64,000 nt of DNA from Gemmatimonas sp. (GTDB lineage: Bacteria > Gemmatimonadota > Gemmatimonadetes > Gemmatimonadales > Gemmatimonadaceae), in the NCBI GenBank assembly GCA_965279375.1, contig OZ257156.1, positions 462,383-526,382 on the forward strand, read 5' to 3'. How positions within the stretch are numbered: the first letter of the stretch is position 1; the number at the start of each line of letters is the position of its first letter. The translations under genes were made by a program, and so were the position numbers. Below the pieces are notes generated by a model. That model saw only the letters and a list, made by a program, of their open reading frames with translations. It ran no database searches and was not told where the DNA came from. Below, piece by piece: positions 63,447-64,000 of the stretch.

Positions 63447-64000
63447 CTACTTCGGCCAGCCCGTCTGTGGCAGCGACGGCGTGAGTCGCAGCGCGTTCTG
63501 GAAATACACCTTCTTGAGGACGGCATCCGGCAGGTCAATGCCGTAGAGCTTCCAAAAGGCGTGGTAGCCGCGGTAGTAGTCGAAGTAGTCGTCGCGCGTC
63601 TCGAAGACGCGCCAGTAGTACGGATACTCCTCGGGCTGGAAGGAGTCCTTGCCGAAGAGAATGCGATCCTGGAACTGAATGAAGAAGTCGCGCATCGCAC
63701 GCGGCTGACGGCCGATGTCGTACAGCACCGCACCGATCTCCGTGTACACGTTCGGCATCTCGGTCATCATCTTGCCGAGGCGCGGCAGGTCGTTCGCGTG
63801 CCATCCCATGTGCGCGGCAACGAACGTCGTCTTCTTGTGCTTGCGGAAAAGATTGTCCCGTTCGGTCATCAGCTGATCGAAGGTCGGGAACCGGTCGGGC
63901 GGATAGCGACGCTCAGCGAAGAGTGCCATCTCCAGCCAACGCTCGTTGTTGTTGTCGAGTGGCTTGAAGAACTCCTGCGGATCGGCGGTGTGAATGAACA
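63447..64000 (-). CDS. Amidohydrolase_2-type (TIM-barrel metal-dependent hydrolase) gene, 5' end outside the window
   Basis: The reading frame stays open upstream of the ATG at 63929 to the window edge (...FIHTADPQEFFKPLDNNNERWLEMALF...). VAAHMGW and FGKDSF fit the Amidohydro_2 layout. Confidence 0.65.
   Translation of the reverse strand, partial: FIHTADPQEFFKPLDNNNERWLEMALFAERRYPPDRFPTFDQLMTERDNLFRKHKKTTFVAAHMGWHANDLPRLGKMMTEMPNVYTEIGAVLYDIGRQPRAMRDFFIQFQDRILFGKDSFQPEEYPYYWRVFETRDDYFDYYRGYHAFWKLYGIDLPDAVLKKVYFQNALRLTPSLPQTGWPK

Noticed and set aside
1-64000. Searched for CRISPR arrays, tRNA/rRNA genes, IS elements, integrases, phage genes and known defence systems
   Set aside because: No non-coding gap exceeds about 350 nt. 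The only repeats seen are the 11-, 15- and 16-bp arrays listed as features. No ORF translation shows transposase, integrase, Cas, reverse-transcriptase or restriction-modification motifs. This was a by-eye search only. tRNAscan-SE, Infernal, ISEScan and DefenseFinder should confirm it.

Overview
The window is GC-rich, gene-dense bacterial chromosome. I see no rRNA, tRNA, CRISPR array, transposase, integrase or phage genes. I support about 50 protein-coding genes from motifs readable in the ORF translations.

Main content:
- Secreted or periplasmic hydrolases dominate: two S58/DmpA aminopeptidases, one M14, two S9, one M28, one large HEXXH zinc metalloprotease, one M61-like, one DUF2268-like, five amidohydrolases plus a partial sixth, and three MBL-fold proteins.
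- These sit around two SusC/SusD-type outer-membrane pairs: one at 1-1639 (the SusC gene is cut by the window edge) and one at 40624-45144.
- Other recognisable modules: a DGPF/YCII gene with an ECF sigma factor carrying a long C-terminal extension (ECF42-like), a Phd/YefM-VapC toxin-antitoxin pair, a Uma2 endonuclease, an MbnH-like di-heme enzyme, a DUF305 Met-rich protein, a Na+/H+ antiporter, NADP-isocitrate dehydrogenase, agmatinase plus a Tat-signal amidase, a DUF3494 ice-binding-like protein with a PEP-CTERM anchor, a MATE exporter, and a short kup (K+ transporter) remnant.

The gene families and the signal peptides ending in AQ suggest a Gemmatimonadota- or Acidobacteriota-like organism. 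That is inference only.

I did not find a clear-cut novel defence or mobile system. The observations most worth follow-up are:
- the SusCD operon linked to peptidases rather than glycan-degrading enzymes;
- a stand-alone plug-like lipoprotein and a long 5' leader ahead of the second SusC;
- recurring Gly/Arg-rich inserts in four unrelated secreted hydrolases;
- an amidohydrolase pair with degenerate metal sites;
- a TGTCGA promoter candidate for the ECF42-like module;
- two small tandem-repeat arrays in intergenic junctions.

All family calls are motif recognition by eye. No database search was run.
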